Shown: positions 9,687-19,730, counted from the first letter of the stretch. The stretch: DNA of 64,000 nt from Holophagales bacterium (GCA_009837885.1 VXSP01000015.1:14065-78064), one strand, 5' to 3'. Program-made: numbers and translations. Notes: generated by a model from the sequence alone, not told the origin.

Positions 9687-12149
9687 GTGGACGATCTGAA
9701 GCAGGCGCGGGCCCTCCCCTTCTGGGGCGAGGGGGACACCCCTCCGGAGCCCACGAGCAAGGCCCCGGAGGAGCAGGGCTTTGTCGCCGTCTTCCGCATC
9801 TTCGTTCGGACCTGGCCCTACCTTTGGCCCCAGATCGTCGGCCGCTGGCGGGAGCTGCCGCGCGGGAGGGCCGCCGGCGGCGCCGCCGCCGCGGAGGGCG
9901 CCTGGAGCTTCCGTCACGTTCCGCCCCTGGTCACTGTCCTGACGGCGCTCGGCCCGCTCCTGTGGCTGGCGTCCCCGGGCACCGACTGGCGCCACGACCT
10001 CCTGCTGGCCGGCGCGGTCCTGATGACCGTCCTCGTGTGGACGCTCCTCTTCGTCAGGGGCCGTGCCTACCTCTGGTCATCCTTCGCGCTCGTGCTCGTC
10101 GGCACTGCGGCGTTTCTGTTCGCGCTGTTCGGCGTGGAGGGCCTCGCCGACACCCTCTACGTCGGACTCGTCGCGGCGGGATGCGTCTGCATCTGGGTGC
10201 TGCAGTACCGGGTGGACGGCGGCAAGCTGCGCTTCCGCATCCGGCTCGCCAGCCACCTCGTCTACTACTTCGTCCTGGTGTGGGCCTCGACCCTGCTGAC
10301 GATGGTGATCGCTCTCTTCTCCGTGGACCTGATCAGCCAGTCCATCCTGCAGGCCGAGCCGCTGACGCCGTTCCTGGCCGACTTCATCGGCCGGTCGGAA
10401 CTGGCCGGCGAGGCGCAGCCCGACGCCGGAGCGGAGTCCGCGGAACCCGATGCCGACGCCGCAGAACCGAACATCGACCTGGCGCCGCTGACCGCCGAGC
10501 AGCGGCACAGCCTGAAGTGGATCTACGCGGTCTTCATGGTCTTCGGCTGGTTCGCGCAGCTCCCGGTGATGATGCTGTTGCCCTACTACTACATCTTCAT
10601 CATGCAGCGCGTGAACCAGGACCTGCGGATGGCGCTGGTCGAGCGCTGGCTCGGGCTGTCCCTCCGCTACCACAGCGACCACAGGGTGGGCGATTCGGTC
10701 TACCGCATCTACCAGGACAGCGCCCAGGTCACGGCCGTCATCGGCAACGTGACGCAGTCGATGCAGATGCTGAGCACCTACGCGATCGGCGTCGTCTTCC
10801 TGGCCGCGCTCGATCCGATCCTCGGCGGCATGGCGCTCAGCATCGTCCTGCTTGCCGTCCTGTGGGGACGCTGGTTCTCGCCGCGGATGCGCGAGCGATC
10901 CCTCGCTGCCCGTGAGGCCAACTCTGACTTCACGTCGCGCGTGCAGGAGACGTTCGCTGCGATCCGGGTGATCAAGGCGTACGGCGCCGCGGACAGGGAG
11001 CAGGAGCGGCTCGAGCGGGATTCCGTGAGGGCGTTCAACGCGTCCTTCCGCGTCCGGTCGCTGATGGCGGTCGTCGGCATCGTCACTTTCTCGATCGCCG
11101 CCGCCGCGCTTCTGAGCGCGCAGTTCCTGATGGCGGTCTGGGCCAACGGGGAACGGGAGACCTTCGCGACGGCGCTCGTCGCCCTCGTCGGGCTCAGTTT
11201 CGTGACGTGGAACCTGGCCGCGTACAACTGGGCCCAGGAGCAGATCGGCGCGTCGAGCGTCTCCGTGCGGAACGTCGTCACACTGTGGTCGCAGGCCCAG
11301 GACATGGCGATGGGGCTCGACCGGTCCTTCGACATTCTCGACATCGAGCCCGACGTGAAGAACGCTCCCGACGCCGCGCCGATGGGACCCTTCCGGCGCC
11401 AGATCCGCTTTGACAACGTCGACTTCGCCTACGAACCGGACCGTCCCGTTCTGCGCGATGTGAGTCTCGCTGTCGAACCCGGCAGCATCACGGCGATCGT
11501 CGGCCCGACGGGATCGGGCAAGAGCACGCTGGTCAGTCTGCTGCTTCGGCTGTTCGATCCCGACTCCGGAACGGTTTCGATCGACGGCGTCGACCTCCGC
11601 GGGCTGGACGTGGACAGCCTGCGCGGCAACGTGTCCGTCGCCCTGCAGGAGAACGTCCTGTTCGGCATGTCGGTCCGCGACAACATCCGCTACGTCGTTC
11701 CCGACGCGGACGACGAGCGGGTGCTGGAGGCGGCCCGCGTCGCCTGCGTGGACGAGTACGTCGCCGGGCTGCCGGAAGGCCTGGACACGGTCCTGAGCGA
11801 CCGCGGCGGCAAGCTGTCGACGGGGCAGCGCCAGCGCCTCTCGATCGCCCGGGCGATCGTCAAGGACGCTCCGATCCTGATTCTCGACGAGCCCACGGCC
11901 GCGCTCGACGCCTACACCGAACACCGGGTGCTGGAGCGCCTGTCGGCGTGGGGCGAAGGCCGCGCGATCTTCCTGATCACGCACCGGATCTCGACGATTC
12001 AGCGGGCGGACCGGATCCTCTATCTCGACGGCGGCCGGATCGTCGAGAACGGGTCCCATGACGAACTCATGGCGGTGGACGGAGGGCGCTACCGGTCCTT
12101 CGTGGAGACCGAGGCGAGACTGTCGAGACGCGCCGGCGAGGCCGGTTGA
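9687..12149 (+). CDS. Fused ABC exporter (TMD plus NBD) with an extended N-terminal membrane region; first half of a heterodimeric pair
   Basis: The start is inferred at a GTG (V240 of the tracked ORF, 26 bp after the esterase stop); the exact start is uncertain. The C-terminal NBD has Walker A GPTGSGKST, signature LSTGQRQR, Walker B ILILDEPT and an H-loop. Its stop overlaps the next ABC start by 4 bp (ATGA). Confidence 0.75.
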   Translation: MDDLKQARALPFWGEGDTPPEPTSKAPEEQGFVAVFRIFVRTWPYLWPQIVGRWRELPRGRAAGGAAAAEGAWSFRHVPPLVTVLTALGPLLWLASPGTDWRHDLLLAGAVLMTVLVWTLLFVRGRAYLWSSFALVLVGTAAFLFALFGVEGLADTLYVGLVAAGCVCIWVLQYRVDGGKLRFRIRLASHLVYYFVLVWASTLLTMVIALFSVDLISQSILQAEPLTPFLADFIGRSELAGEAQPDAGAESAEPDADAAEPNIDLAPLTAEQRHSLKWIYAVFMVFGWFAQLPVMMLLPYYYIFIMQRVNQDLRMALVERWLGLSLRYHSDHRVGDSVYRIYQDSAQVTAVIGNVTQSMQMLSTYAIGVVFLAALDPILGGMALSIVLLAVLWGRWFSPRMRERSLAAREANSDFTSRVQETFAAIRVIKAYGAADREQERLERDSVRAFNASFRVRSLMAVVGIVTFSIAAAALLSAQFLMAVWANGERETFATALVALVGLSFVTWNLAAYNWAQEQIGASSVSVRNVVTLWSQAQDMAMGLDRSFDILDIEPDVKNAPDAAPMGPFRRQIRFDNVDFAYEPDRPVLRDVSLAVEPGSITAIVGPTGSGKSTLVSLLLRLFDPDSGTVSIDGVDLRGLDVDSLRGNVSVALQENVLFGMSVRDNIRYVVPDADDERVLEAARVACVDEYVAGLPEGLDTVLSDRGGKLSTGQRQRLSIARAIVKDAPILILDEPTAALDAYTEHRVLERLSAWGEGRAIFLITHRISTIQRADRILYLDGGRIVENGSHDELMAVDGGRYRSFVETEARLSRRAGEAG

Positions 12150-14245
12150 TGGCCGAAGCAGCCCGAGCGTCGCGACCGTCGCTGCGGGAGCACGAAAAGC
12201 AACTCGACCGCGCGGCCAGCGTTCTCGACCTGGGCACGGATATCGGGTTCCGGGAGGTCCTGCGCATCTTCGCGCGGGTCGTCTCGACCTTCCGGCTGTT
12301 CAAGGCGCGGATCGCGACGAAGCTCGCCTTCATCACGGTGGAGCTCGTCTTTCGGCTGATGGTCGCGCCCTGGCCGGGCAAGGTCGTCGTCGACCACGTC
12401 ATCCTGGGCATGCCCATTAGCGACGCGTCGGGCTTTCCTGCCTTCCTGGCACCCGCCGTGCTGCTGCTGGACGGCATGGGGCCGGTGGAGATGATGCTCT
12501 GGGTGTTCCTGCTCGGGGTGTTCATGGTGACGGTCTTCGGGTTCACCACGAGCCGGGGCGCGGGCAGGTCTCCCAGCGGAGCGCCCACAGGGGCCTCGGC
12601 GGGCTCTTCCGGGGGCGCCACGGCCCTCACGCCGCAGGGCCTCGGCACCCTGGCCCAGGGCCACGACATCGCCACGCAGACGGAGAATCAGGCCAACCTC
12701 GGTTCGGGCCTGATGGCGGGCATCCTCGGGTTCATCGACTTCCGGGTGCATCTTCGCCTTTCGCAGTCGATGAACCACTTCCTCCGAACCCGGGTAGCCG
12801 GGAAGCTGCGGTCGCTGCCGATGACGACCCTGGACGACCTGCGGATCGGCGACAGCGTCTACCGCGTCCTGTACGACACCACCAGCGCCAACATGCTGCT
12901 GCACGGCATCGCGCTGGGGCTCTACTCCGGCCTGCTCGGCGTGGTGATCACCCTCTACATCATGTTCACGTACTTCGGCGCCGCACCGGAGGTCATCGTG
13001 CTGGGCATGCTCGCCCTTCCGATCGTGTTCCTGATCGAACTCCCCTTTGCCCGCATGGCGCGGCGTCGAGGCCAGGCCAGCCGCGCCTCCGGCTCGAGCA
13101 CGACGAGCAACATCGAAGAGGGGATGAGCAACGTTCTCGCCGTTCAGAGCCTCGGCGGTAACGAGCGGGAAGCGCGGCGATTCCGGCGGGCGAGTGCGGA
13201 GTCGTTCAAGCGTTTCCGCACGGAGTGGTTCCTGGTGCTCACGGTCCGGCAGGCCTTCAGTCTGGCGCTGATGCTCGGCCAGGTCCTGTTCTTCATCGTG
13301 ATGGCGGGCCGCGTGATCGACGGCACGTTCACCGCCGGCGACTACTTCGTCCTCACGTACTACTACTTCGTCCTCAGCGCGACGTTCGGCGCCTGGGGCT
13401 TTGTGTACACGGAGTGGCAGGGCTACATCGCCGGCATGCGCCGGGTGTTCTTCCTGATGGGCCTGCCGGAAGAGAAGACGCGGGACGGCGTCGAACTGGA
13501 CAGGATCAAGCGCGGCGTCGAGATGAGGGGCGTCGGCCTGACCTACCCGGACGGCCGCCGCGCGCTCCGCAACGTCGATCTGGAAGCCCGCATCGGCGAG
13601 ATCGTCGCGTTCGTCGGCCCGACCGGGGCCGGCAAGACCAGCCTCGCGTACATGGTGCCGGCCTTCGTTCAGGCGACCGAGGGGACGGTAGAAGTCGACG
13701 GCGTCGATCTGAAGGACGTGGCGGTGGAAAGCCTCAGGAAGCAGGTGTCGTACGTCTTCCAGGAAACGCAGCTCTTCTCCGATTCGATCCTCGAGAACAT
13801 CCGCTACGGCAACCAGGCCGCGACGGAGGCGCAGGTCGAGCGTGCCGCGCGCGTTGCCGGCGCCCACGACTTCATCGCCGCGCTGCCGGACGGCTACCGG
13901 ACCAACCTCGGCACCGTGACCAGCAAGCTGTCGGTCGGACAGAAGCAGCGCATCGCGATCGCCCGGGGGCTCCTCCGGGAAGCGCGCATCCTGATCCTGG
14001 ACGAACCGACCTCAGCGCTCGACCCGGAGACCGAGGCCTACCTGGTCGACGCGCTGCACGAAGCGGCGAAGGACCGGCTCGTCATCATCATCGCTCACCG
14101 TCTGTCGACGATCGCCAACGCCGATCGGATCTACTTCCTGGAGGACGGCGAGGTGCGTGAATCCGGCTCGCATGAGGAGTTGATGGCAACGCCGGACGGG
14201 CGGTACCGCGAGTATGTGTCGCTGCAGGCTGGTTCACAGGCTTGA
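12146..14245 (+). CDS. Fused ABC exporter (TMD plus NBD); second half of the heterodimeric pair
   Basis: 699 aa. Walker A GPTGAGKTS, signature LSVGQKQR, Walker B ILILDEPT. It is translationally coupled to the upstream exporter. It is ~80% identical in protein to the exporter at 17778-19730. Confidence 0.85.
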   Translation: MMAEAARASRPSLREHEKQLDRAASVLDLGTDIGFREVLRIFARVVSTFRLFKARIATKLAFITVELVFRLMVAPWPGKVVVDHVILGMPISDASGFPAFLAPAVLLLDGMGPVEMMLWVFLLGVFMVTVFGFTTSRGAGRSPSGAPTGASAGSSGGATALTPQGLGTLAQGHDIATQTENQANLGSGLMAGILGFIDFRVHLRLSQSMNHFLRTRVAGKLRSLPMTTLDDLRIGDSVYRVLYDTTSANMLLHGIALGLYSGLLGVVITLYIMFTYFGAAPEVIVLGMLALPIVFLIELPFARMARRRGQASRASGSSTTSNIEEGMSNVLAVQSLGGNEREARRFRRASAESFKRFRTEWFLVLTVRQAFSLALMLGQVLFFIVMAGRVIDGTFTAGDYFVLTYYYFVLSATFGAWGFVYTEWQGYIAGMRRVFFLMGLPEEKTRDGVELDRIKRGVEMRGVGLTYPDGRRALRNVDLEARIGEIVAFVGPTGAGKTSLAYMVPAFVQATEGTVEVDGVDLKDVAVESLRKQVSYVFQETQLFSDSILENIRYGNQAATEAQVERAARVAGAHDFIAALPDGYRTNLGTVTSKLSVGQKQRIAIARGLLREARILILDEPTSALDPETEAYLVDALHEAAKDRLVIIIAHRLSTIANADRIYFLEDGEVRESGSHEELMATPDGRYREYVSLQAGSQA

Positions 14246-15266
14246 GGGGCACACCGGGAGGGTCGAGGCCCTCACGGTGACGCCGGACGGCCGGCGCGTC
14301 GTCTCCGCGTCGGCGGACGCTACGCTGCGGGTTTGGGACCTCGAATCGGGGCGGGCCCTGCACACGCTCGAGGGTCACCGCGCCGGTGTTTGGTGTGTCG
14401 CCGTAACGCCGGACGGCAAGCGAGCCGTATCCGGTTCCTTCGACGCTACGTTGCGGGTCTGGGATCTTGACTCCGGCCGTACGCTCCATGTGCTCACGGG
14501 ACACGCGACGGAGGTCTACTCGGTTGCGGTGACGCCCGATGGCACGCGGGCCGTCTCCTCCTCCGCGGATGCCACCCTGCGGGTCTGGGACTTCGGGACG
14601 GGCCGGGAAGTGCACGTGTTGGAGGGGCACACGGACGACGTCAAGTCCTTCGCCCTGACTGCCGACGGCACTCGTGTCGTCTCCGTCTCCTGGGACAGGA
14701 CAGTCCGAGTGTGGGACTTGGAGGCCGGACTGGAGTTGCGCACCCTCGAAGGACACACCGGTGCGGTCCACGCCGTGGCCGTCGCTCCGGACGGCAGGCG
14801 AGCCATCTCCGCGTCCGGCGACCGGACGCTGCGCGTCTGGAATCTCGACTCGGGCCGCGCATTGCATGCGCTCGAAGGACACACGGCAGAGGTCTACGGC
14901 GTGGCAGTGGCACCGGACGGCGCAACAGCAGTCTCCGCGTCTGCCGACACAACACTCCGCGGCTGGAATCTCCAAACGGGCCGTGGCCGCCACGTACTTG
15001 AGGGACACACCGAACCGGCTTTCTCCGTGACTTTGACGCCGAACGGCCGGCGCGCCGTCTCCACCTCCCCGGACCGGACCTTGCGCTTATGGAACCTCGA
15101 ATCAGGGCAGCAGCTCGCCGCCTTCGAGTGCAACGACTGTGTACGCCCTTGCGCCGTCTCGCTCGACGGCCAGACCGTCGTCGCCGGTGACGCAAGCGGC
15201 ATCGTCTATGTCGTTAGCGCCGGCACAGTTCGTCGAGACGCTCGGTCAGCGTGCGGACGACTCTGA
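14214..15266 (+). CDS. WD40-repeat beta-propeller protein (8 highly regular repeats, no other domain)
   Basis: Eight tandem ~42-aa units of the form LEGHTxxVxxVAVTPDGxRAVSxSxDxTLRVWDLxSGRxLHx. Its start overlaps the ABC exporter stop by 32 bp. Confidence 0.8.
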   Translation: MCRCRLVHRLEGHTGRVEALTVTPDGRRVVSASADATLRVWDLESGRALHTLEGHRAGVWCVAVTPDGKRAVSGSFDATLRVWDLDSGRTLHVLTGHATEVYSVAVTPDGTRAVSSSADATLRVWDFGTGREVHVLEGHTDDVKSFALTADGTRVVSVSWDRTVRVWDLEAGLELRTLEGHTGAVHAVAVAPDGRRAISASGDRTLRVWNLDSGRALHALEGHTAEVYGVAVAPDGATAVSASADTTLRGWNLQTGRGRHVLEGHTEPAFSVTLTPNGRRAVSTSPDRTLRLWNLESGQQLAAFECNDCVRPCAVSLDGQTVVAGDASGIVYVVSAGTVRRDARSACGRL

Positions 15267-15398
15267 GGAGTTCCACGATCGCAGCCTCCGGAGACGTGAC
15301 TTGAGGCCCCGTTCCGGCTCCGAGCTTGTCCTCGATCCGGGCGAGCTGTTCGGTGATCATGCGGAGTTCGGGGTCGTGGAGCTTCATCACATACGTCC

Positions 15399-17195
15399 TT
15401 AGTAGGGATTCGAAGGCGTGATCTTCCAGGCCTTTAGGGAGTGCACGCGGGTGTCGCCGCCAGCGGAAAAGACCCTAACGCCGATGCTGTCCCGGCGAGA
15501 AGGATAGATGCGCCGCGCGATCGCCTGGCGGCGATTGGCGAAGACCTCGACGACCGACTTGTCGACGAAGACTCTGAGCTTCAGTCGCTCGCCGGGCTTC
15601 AGTTCGAACGGAGCTGCCTCGACGGCCTTCGGCGTGTCGTCAGGACCCGATCTGCGCGTGTCGATTTTGAGCAGCTTCTCTTCGGCGTCGTAGAAGATGG
15701 ACGTTTCCTCTTGGCCGTCGGGCGAGACGCACACCTTGACGCCGAAGTGCGATGCCTTCGTGCTTTGCAGCTCGACCTCTAGTTCCAGGCTGTTGCCGCT
15801 GACGCCTTCTACGAGCACTTCCTCGCCGGCCGGCACGACGAACGGCCCCATCCGCACCTCGCCGTAGCGCAGCGCCTCGATCTCCTCCGGCACGTCCATG
15901 CGGAGCAGCCCGTCATCTCCGAGCGACAGCACCCGCGGCAGGCTCAGCGTGCCGGACCAGCCGTGCTTCGTTCGCGCTCCGAAGAGAGGCTCGTCGAGGA
16001 TCCAGGCCCACATGATGCGGCGGCCCCGGTCGTCGACCAGGCTTTCCGGAGCGAAGAACGAGTTGTCGACCCAGCTCATCCGGGCGTGAGACCCGGGATG
16101 GAACTGTTCGTTCCTCCATTCCCCGACGTAGTAGCGGCAGCCGAGCCGATGGCTGATGCAGAGGAGCACGTGCTTGCCGCCGAGTTCGAAGAGATCCGGG
16201 CAGGACACGTCTTCGTCCAGCGACACGCCTTCGACACCGTGAGCGAAGAGGTCGCCGGCGTACTTCCATTCGCCGTCGAGTGCAGCCGACGTCGCAACCG
16301 CCGGGCGTTTGCCGCCGAAGATCGCGTAGTAGGTGTCGCCTTCGAGCCACCCGAAGGGGTCCCATGACCGGTACCTGCCGTGGTGTTCGTCGCCCTCCCG
16401 CGTCTCCGGCGTGATCGGGTTCGAGTCGAGCTTCCTCCAGTCGTTCAGGTCCTCGTCCAGGGCAACCGCCATCGCGTTGCCCAGGCCATGCTGGTGGTAG
16501 CAGATCGTCGGCAGACCTTCCTTGTTCAGGAAGCAGTTGCCGCTGTACATGCCGTCGAGCAGGCCGGTGGGGTGGTGGCGCCAGTGGAAGAGGTCCGCGC
16601 TCGACATGTGGCCCCAGTGGTCCGACCGCTCGCCCAGCCGCGCGTCCTGGAAGATGTAGAACAGGTGGTAGCGGCCCTTCCAGTGGATCGCCCCGTTCGG
16701 GTCGAACGGCATCGCCACGCCTTCCGGAATCACGAAGTGGTAGCCGGGCCGTGCCGGGTCGCTCAGGATTCGCTCGCGGAGTTGGCGCGCGTTCTCGGCG
16801 AGGCGGTTAGCCTTTCGGGAACCGACGACGGACACGCAGCGCCAGGCGCCGTCCGATTCCCTCGTCATCCTGAACTCGAAGAAGCCGCCCCCGGTCGGCG
16901 AACGAAGGACGACCGGATCGACGGCGGCAGTGTCTCCGTCGAACACCACTTCGGCGTCGTCGAGGACGAAGCGCTTCTCCCGATCGGTCGGTCGGTCGAC
17001 CTGCTTCCGCAGATACTCCCGGAGATCGGCCTTGGTCGTGCCCGAACTGCTTCGCCACGTTTCCGAGAAGAAGTCGACTTGCCCGTCGATGTCACCGACC
17101 CTGGTCGCCTTGTCGTAAGCACGCAGAGCGGCCAGGACGTCGTCGATTGCCTTGGTCGAGGACGTAGTCGCGCGTTTACTCATCGTCAGAGCCAC
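15399..17195 (-). CDS. Glycoside hydrolase family 32 (beta-fructofuranosidase/levanase-like) with an N-terminal NTF2/SnoaL-like extension
   Basis: GH32 catalytic motifs are present: HFVIPEGVAMPFDPNGAIHWKGRYHLFY (the NDPNG-type block), RSWDPFGW (RDP-type) and VSCPDLFEL (EC-type). The ~140-aa N-terminal extension is predicted as alpha+beta. Confidence 0.8.
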   Translation of the reverse strand: MALTMSKRATTSSTKAIDDVLAALRAYDKATRVGDIDGQVDFFSETWRSSSGTTKADLREYLRKQVDRPTDREKRFVLDDAEVVFDGDTAAVDPVVLRSPTGGGFFEFRMTRESDGAWRCVSVVGSRKANRLAENARQLRERILSDPARPGYHFVIPEGVAMPFDPNGAIHWKGRYHLFYIFQDARLGERSDHWGHMSSADLFHWRHHPTGLLDGMYSGNCFLNKEGLPTICYHQHGLGNAMAVALDEDLNDWRKLDSNPITPETREGDEHHGRYRSWDPFGWLEGDTYYAIFGGKRPAVATSAALDGEWKYAGDLFAHGVEGVSLDEDVSCPDLFELGGKHVLLCISHRLGCRYYVGEWRNEQFHPGSHARMSWVDNSFFAPESLVDDRGRRIMWAWILDEPLFGARTKHGWSGTLSLPRVLSLGDDGLLRMDVPEEIEALRYGEVRMGPFVVPAGEEVLVEGVSGNSLELEVELQSTKASHFGVKVCVSPDGQEETSIFYDAEEKLLKIDTRRSGPDDTPKAVEAAPFELKPGERLKLRVFVDKSVVEVFANRRQAIARRIYPSRRDSIGVRVFSAGGDTRVHSLKAWKITPSNPY

Positions 17196-17249
17196 TAGCG
17201 AGTCGTCCTAGGTTCCCCATGCACGTTGTCGCCGTGGTAGACGTGGGTC

Positions 17250-17501
17250 GTGGACGGGATGACGACAATCCTGGTGGGAGATCGCGGCAGAGTCGTGATT
17301 CCGGCGGCGGTTCGTCGTAGAGCCGGTCTGTCGGCAGGAACGGTGCTGTGTCTGCTCGAGACGCCGGGCGGGCTGGTCTTGATGAAGCGCGACCAACTCC
17401 GGGACCATGTCCGCGCCGAACTCGCCGGACTCGATCTCGTCTCTGAGCTGCTCGCGGAACGCCGCTTTGCAGCCGACGCCGAGGACGCCACCTCAGGCTA
17501 G
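17250..17501 (+). CDS. AbrB/MazE/SpoVT-family antitoxin-like DNA-binding protein (solitary)
   Basis: 83 aa. The looped-hinge helix motif is GRVVIPAAVRRRAGLSAGTVLCLLETPGGLVLMK. No toxin gene lies downstream; its 3' end overlaps the convergent brnA-like gene by 4 bp. Confidence 0.55.
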   Translation: MDGMTTILVGDRGRVVIPAAVRRRAGLSAGTVLCLLETPGGLVLMKRDQLRDHVRAELAGLDLVSELLAERRFAADAEDATSG

Positions 17502-17743
17502 CCGCCTGCAGGCGAGCCGAGTGACTCCAGGTGCCTCGCGATGAGCATCTTGATTAGAGACTGCCGAGGCACTCCCAGCCTCGAGGCCTCGCGATCGAGG
17601 GACTCGATCATCCAGATCGGAAAATCCACGTTGACGCGTCGTTGGTCGTGGCCGGGTCGACGCGCCTTCGTCAGTTCGAGGTACTTCATGATGCTCTCGC
17701 CGGCGTCGAACTTCCGGTCGAGTTCCTTCGCCTTAGCCTTCAT
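17498..17743 (-). CDS. brnA: BrnA-family (CopG/RHH-like) antitoxin with no BrnT partner
   Basis: 81 aa: KAKELDRKFDAGESIMKYLELTKARRPG...RVNVDFPIWMIESLDREASRLGVPRQSLIKMLIARHL matches the BrnA consensus. There is no room for a brnT gene between it and the ABC exporter stop at 17778. Confidence 0.65.
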   Translation of the reverse strand: MKAKAKELDRKFDAGESIMKYLELTKARRPGHDQRRVNVDFPIWMIESLDREASRLGVPRQSLIKMLIARHLESLGSPAGG

Positions 17744-17777
17744 AGAGTGCGACCTCCTCTCTCCGGAGCACGGAAGG

Positions 17778-19730
17778 CTAACCTGCCCCGGCCTGCAGTG
17801 TGGCGTACCTCCGGTATCGCCCGTCGGGTATCGCCATCAGCTCCTCGTGAGTTCCCCGTTCCTTGATCGCTCCTTCCTCGAGGAAGTAGATCCGGTCCGC
17901 GTTGGCGATCGTCGACAGGCGGTGGGCGATGATGATGACCAGCCTGTCCTTCGCCGCTTCGTGCAGGGCGTCGACCAGGTAGGCCTCGGTTTCCGGGTCG
18001 AGCGCGGAGGTCGGTTCGTCGAGGATCAGGATGCGCGCGTCGCGCAGGAGGCCCCGGGCGATCGCGATGCGCTGCTTCTGGCCGACGGACAGCTTGCTGG
18101 TCACGGTACCGAGGTTGGTCCGGTAGCCGTCGGGCAGGGCGGTGATGAAGTCGTGCGCGCCGGCGACGTGCGCGGCACGCTCGACTTGCGCCTCGGTCGC
18201 GTCCGTGTTCCCGTAGCGGATGTTCTCGAGGATCGAGTCGGAGAACAGTTGCGTCTCCTGGAAGACGTAGGAGACCTGATCGCGGAGGCTGTCGACCGAC
18301 ACGTCCTTCAGGTCGACGCCGTCGATCGTCACCGTACCTTCGGTGGGCTGCACGAAGGCCGGCACCATGTAGGCGAGGCTCGTCTTGCCCGCGCCGGTCG
18401 GGCCGACGAATGCGACGATCTCGCCCAGGCGGGCCTCGAGGTTGATGCCGCTCAGCGCCCGGCGTCCGTCGGGATACGTCAGCCCTACGTTCCTCATCTC
18501 GACGCCGCGGCTGATCCGGGGCAGCCCGACGCCTTCGCTCGTCTTCTCCGATGGCAGGTCCATCAGGAAGAACACCCGGCGCAGTCCGGCGATGTTGTCC
18601 TGCAGAACCGGGTAGATGAAGCCCATCCCGCTGAACGTCGCGCTCAGGACGAAGAAGTAGTAGTTGAGGACGAAGTAGTCGCCGGCCGTGAACGTGCCGT
18701 CGATCACGCGTCCGGCGATGACGACGAAGAACAGGACCTGGCTCAGCAGGAAGGCCAGGCTGCCGAATTGTTGGTAGGTCAGCTTGAGCAGCGACTCGAT
18801 GCGAAAGCGCCTGAAGGACTCCTCGCTGGCCTTCCTGAATCGCTGGCCTTCCCGCTCGTTTCCACCGAGGCTCTGCACGGCGAGCACGTTGCTCATGCCC
18901 TCTTCGATGTTCGCCGTCGTCGCGGCGCCCGAGGCGCGGCTGGCCTGGCTTCTGCGCCGTGCCATCCGCGCGAATGGACCGACGAAGATGAGCATGATCG
19001 GCAGCGACAGGGCGGCCAGCAGGATGACCTCTGGAGCGTCGCCGAAGTACGTGTACATCATCATTGCGCTGATCGTGATGCCGAGCGCGTGGGAGTAGAA
19101 CTCGAGGCCCACCTCGTAGAGAACGCGGCTGACACTCGTCGTGTCGTAGAGGACGCGGTAGATGCTGTCGCCGATCCGCTGGTCGTCCAGGGTCGTCATC
19201 GGCAGGCGCTTGATCCGCCCGGCGAGTTTCGTCCTGAGCAGGTGGTTCATCGACTGCGTCAGGCGCAGGTGCACCCGGAAGTCGAGGAGTCCGAGAATGC
19301 CGCCCATCAGGCCGGAGCCCCGGTTGGCCTCGTTCTCGGTCCGGGTGGCCGTGTCGTGCCCCTGGGCCAGGGTGCCGTGCCCCTGCTGGAGGAGGACGGT
19401 GGCGCCGCCCGACGAGGCCGCGGATGCTCCGGTGGGCATCCCGGTCGCGGACCTGACGGTGCCCCGGTTCGTCGTGAACCCGAACACGGTCACCATGAAG
19501 ACGCCGAGGACGAGTACCCACGCCATGATCTCCAGCGGGCTCCTGCCGGCCAGGAGCAGCACGAACGGGCTTAGGTATGAGGGGAACCCGGCCGCGTCCA
19601 CGATGGGCATGCCGAGGATGACGTGGTCGACGACGACCTTGCCCGGCCACGGCGCGACGAGCAGCCGGAACGCCATCTCCGCCGTCAGCAAACCGAACTT
19701 CGCGGCGACCCGCGCCTTGAAGAGGCGCAT
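17778..19730 (-). CDS. Fused ABC exporter (TMD plus NBD), inverted paralog of 12146-14245; the annotated ATG start truncates a conserved N-terminal region
   Basis: 650 aa from the ATG at 19728-19730. It has Walker A, signature and Walker B motifs. A further ~45 codons upstream (19731-19865) are conserved with the paralog N-terminus (LREGEKALDRSASALDTQTDIPFREVLRIFGRALAY versus LREHEKQLDRAASVLDLGTDIGFREVLRIFARVVSTF) but contain no ATG, GTG or TTG. Confidence 0.8.
   Translation of the reverse strand: MRLFKARVAAKFGLLTAEMAFRLLVAPWPGKVVVDHVILGMPIVDAAGFPSYLSPFVLLLAGRSPLEIMAWVLVLGVFMVTVFGFTTNRGTVRSATGMPTGASAASSGGATVLLQQGHGTLAQGHDTATRTENEANRGSGLMGGILGLLDFRVHLRLTQSMNHLLRTKLAGRIKRLPMTTLDDQRIGDSIYRVLYDTTSVSRVLYEVGLEFYSHALGITISAMMMYTYFGDAPEVILLAALSLPIMLIFVGPFARMARRRSQASRASGAATTANIEEGMSNVLAVQSLGGNEREGQRFRKASEESFRRFRIESLLKLTYQQFGSLAFLLSQVLFFVVIAGRVIDGTFTAGDYFVLNYYFFVLSATFSGMGFIYPVLQDNIAGLRRVFFLMDLPSEKTSEGVGLPRISRGVEMRNVGLTYPDGRRALSGINLEARLGEIVAFVGPTGAGKTSLAYMVPAFVQPTEGTVTIDGVDLKDVSVDSLRDQVSYVFQETQLFSDSILENIRYGNTDATEAQVERAAHVAGAHDFITALPDGYRTNLGTVTSKLSVGQKQRIAIARGLLRDARILILDEPTSALDPETEAYLVDALHEAAKDRLVIIIAHRLSTIANADRIYFLEEGAIKERGTHEELMAIPDGRYRRYATLQAGAG

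Noticed and set aside
10077-13867. Long antisense ORFs (10077-12059, 12089-13867, 17541-19574, 17740-19650, 50836-52569, 54058-55893 upstream part, 56688-58097, 59715-60764 and similar)
   Set aside because: They lie opposite or out of frame to genes with strong family signatures (ABC NBDs, katG, SDR). They are R/G/P-rich and lack start-proximal RBSs. This is the GC-skewed codon usage artefact.
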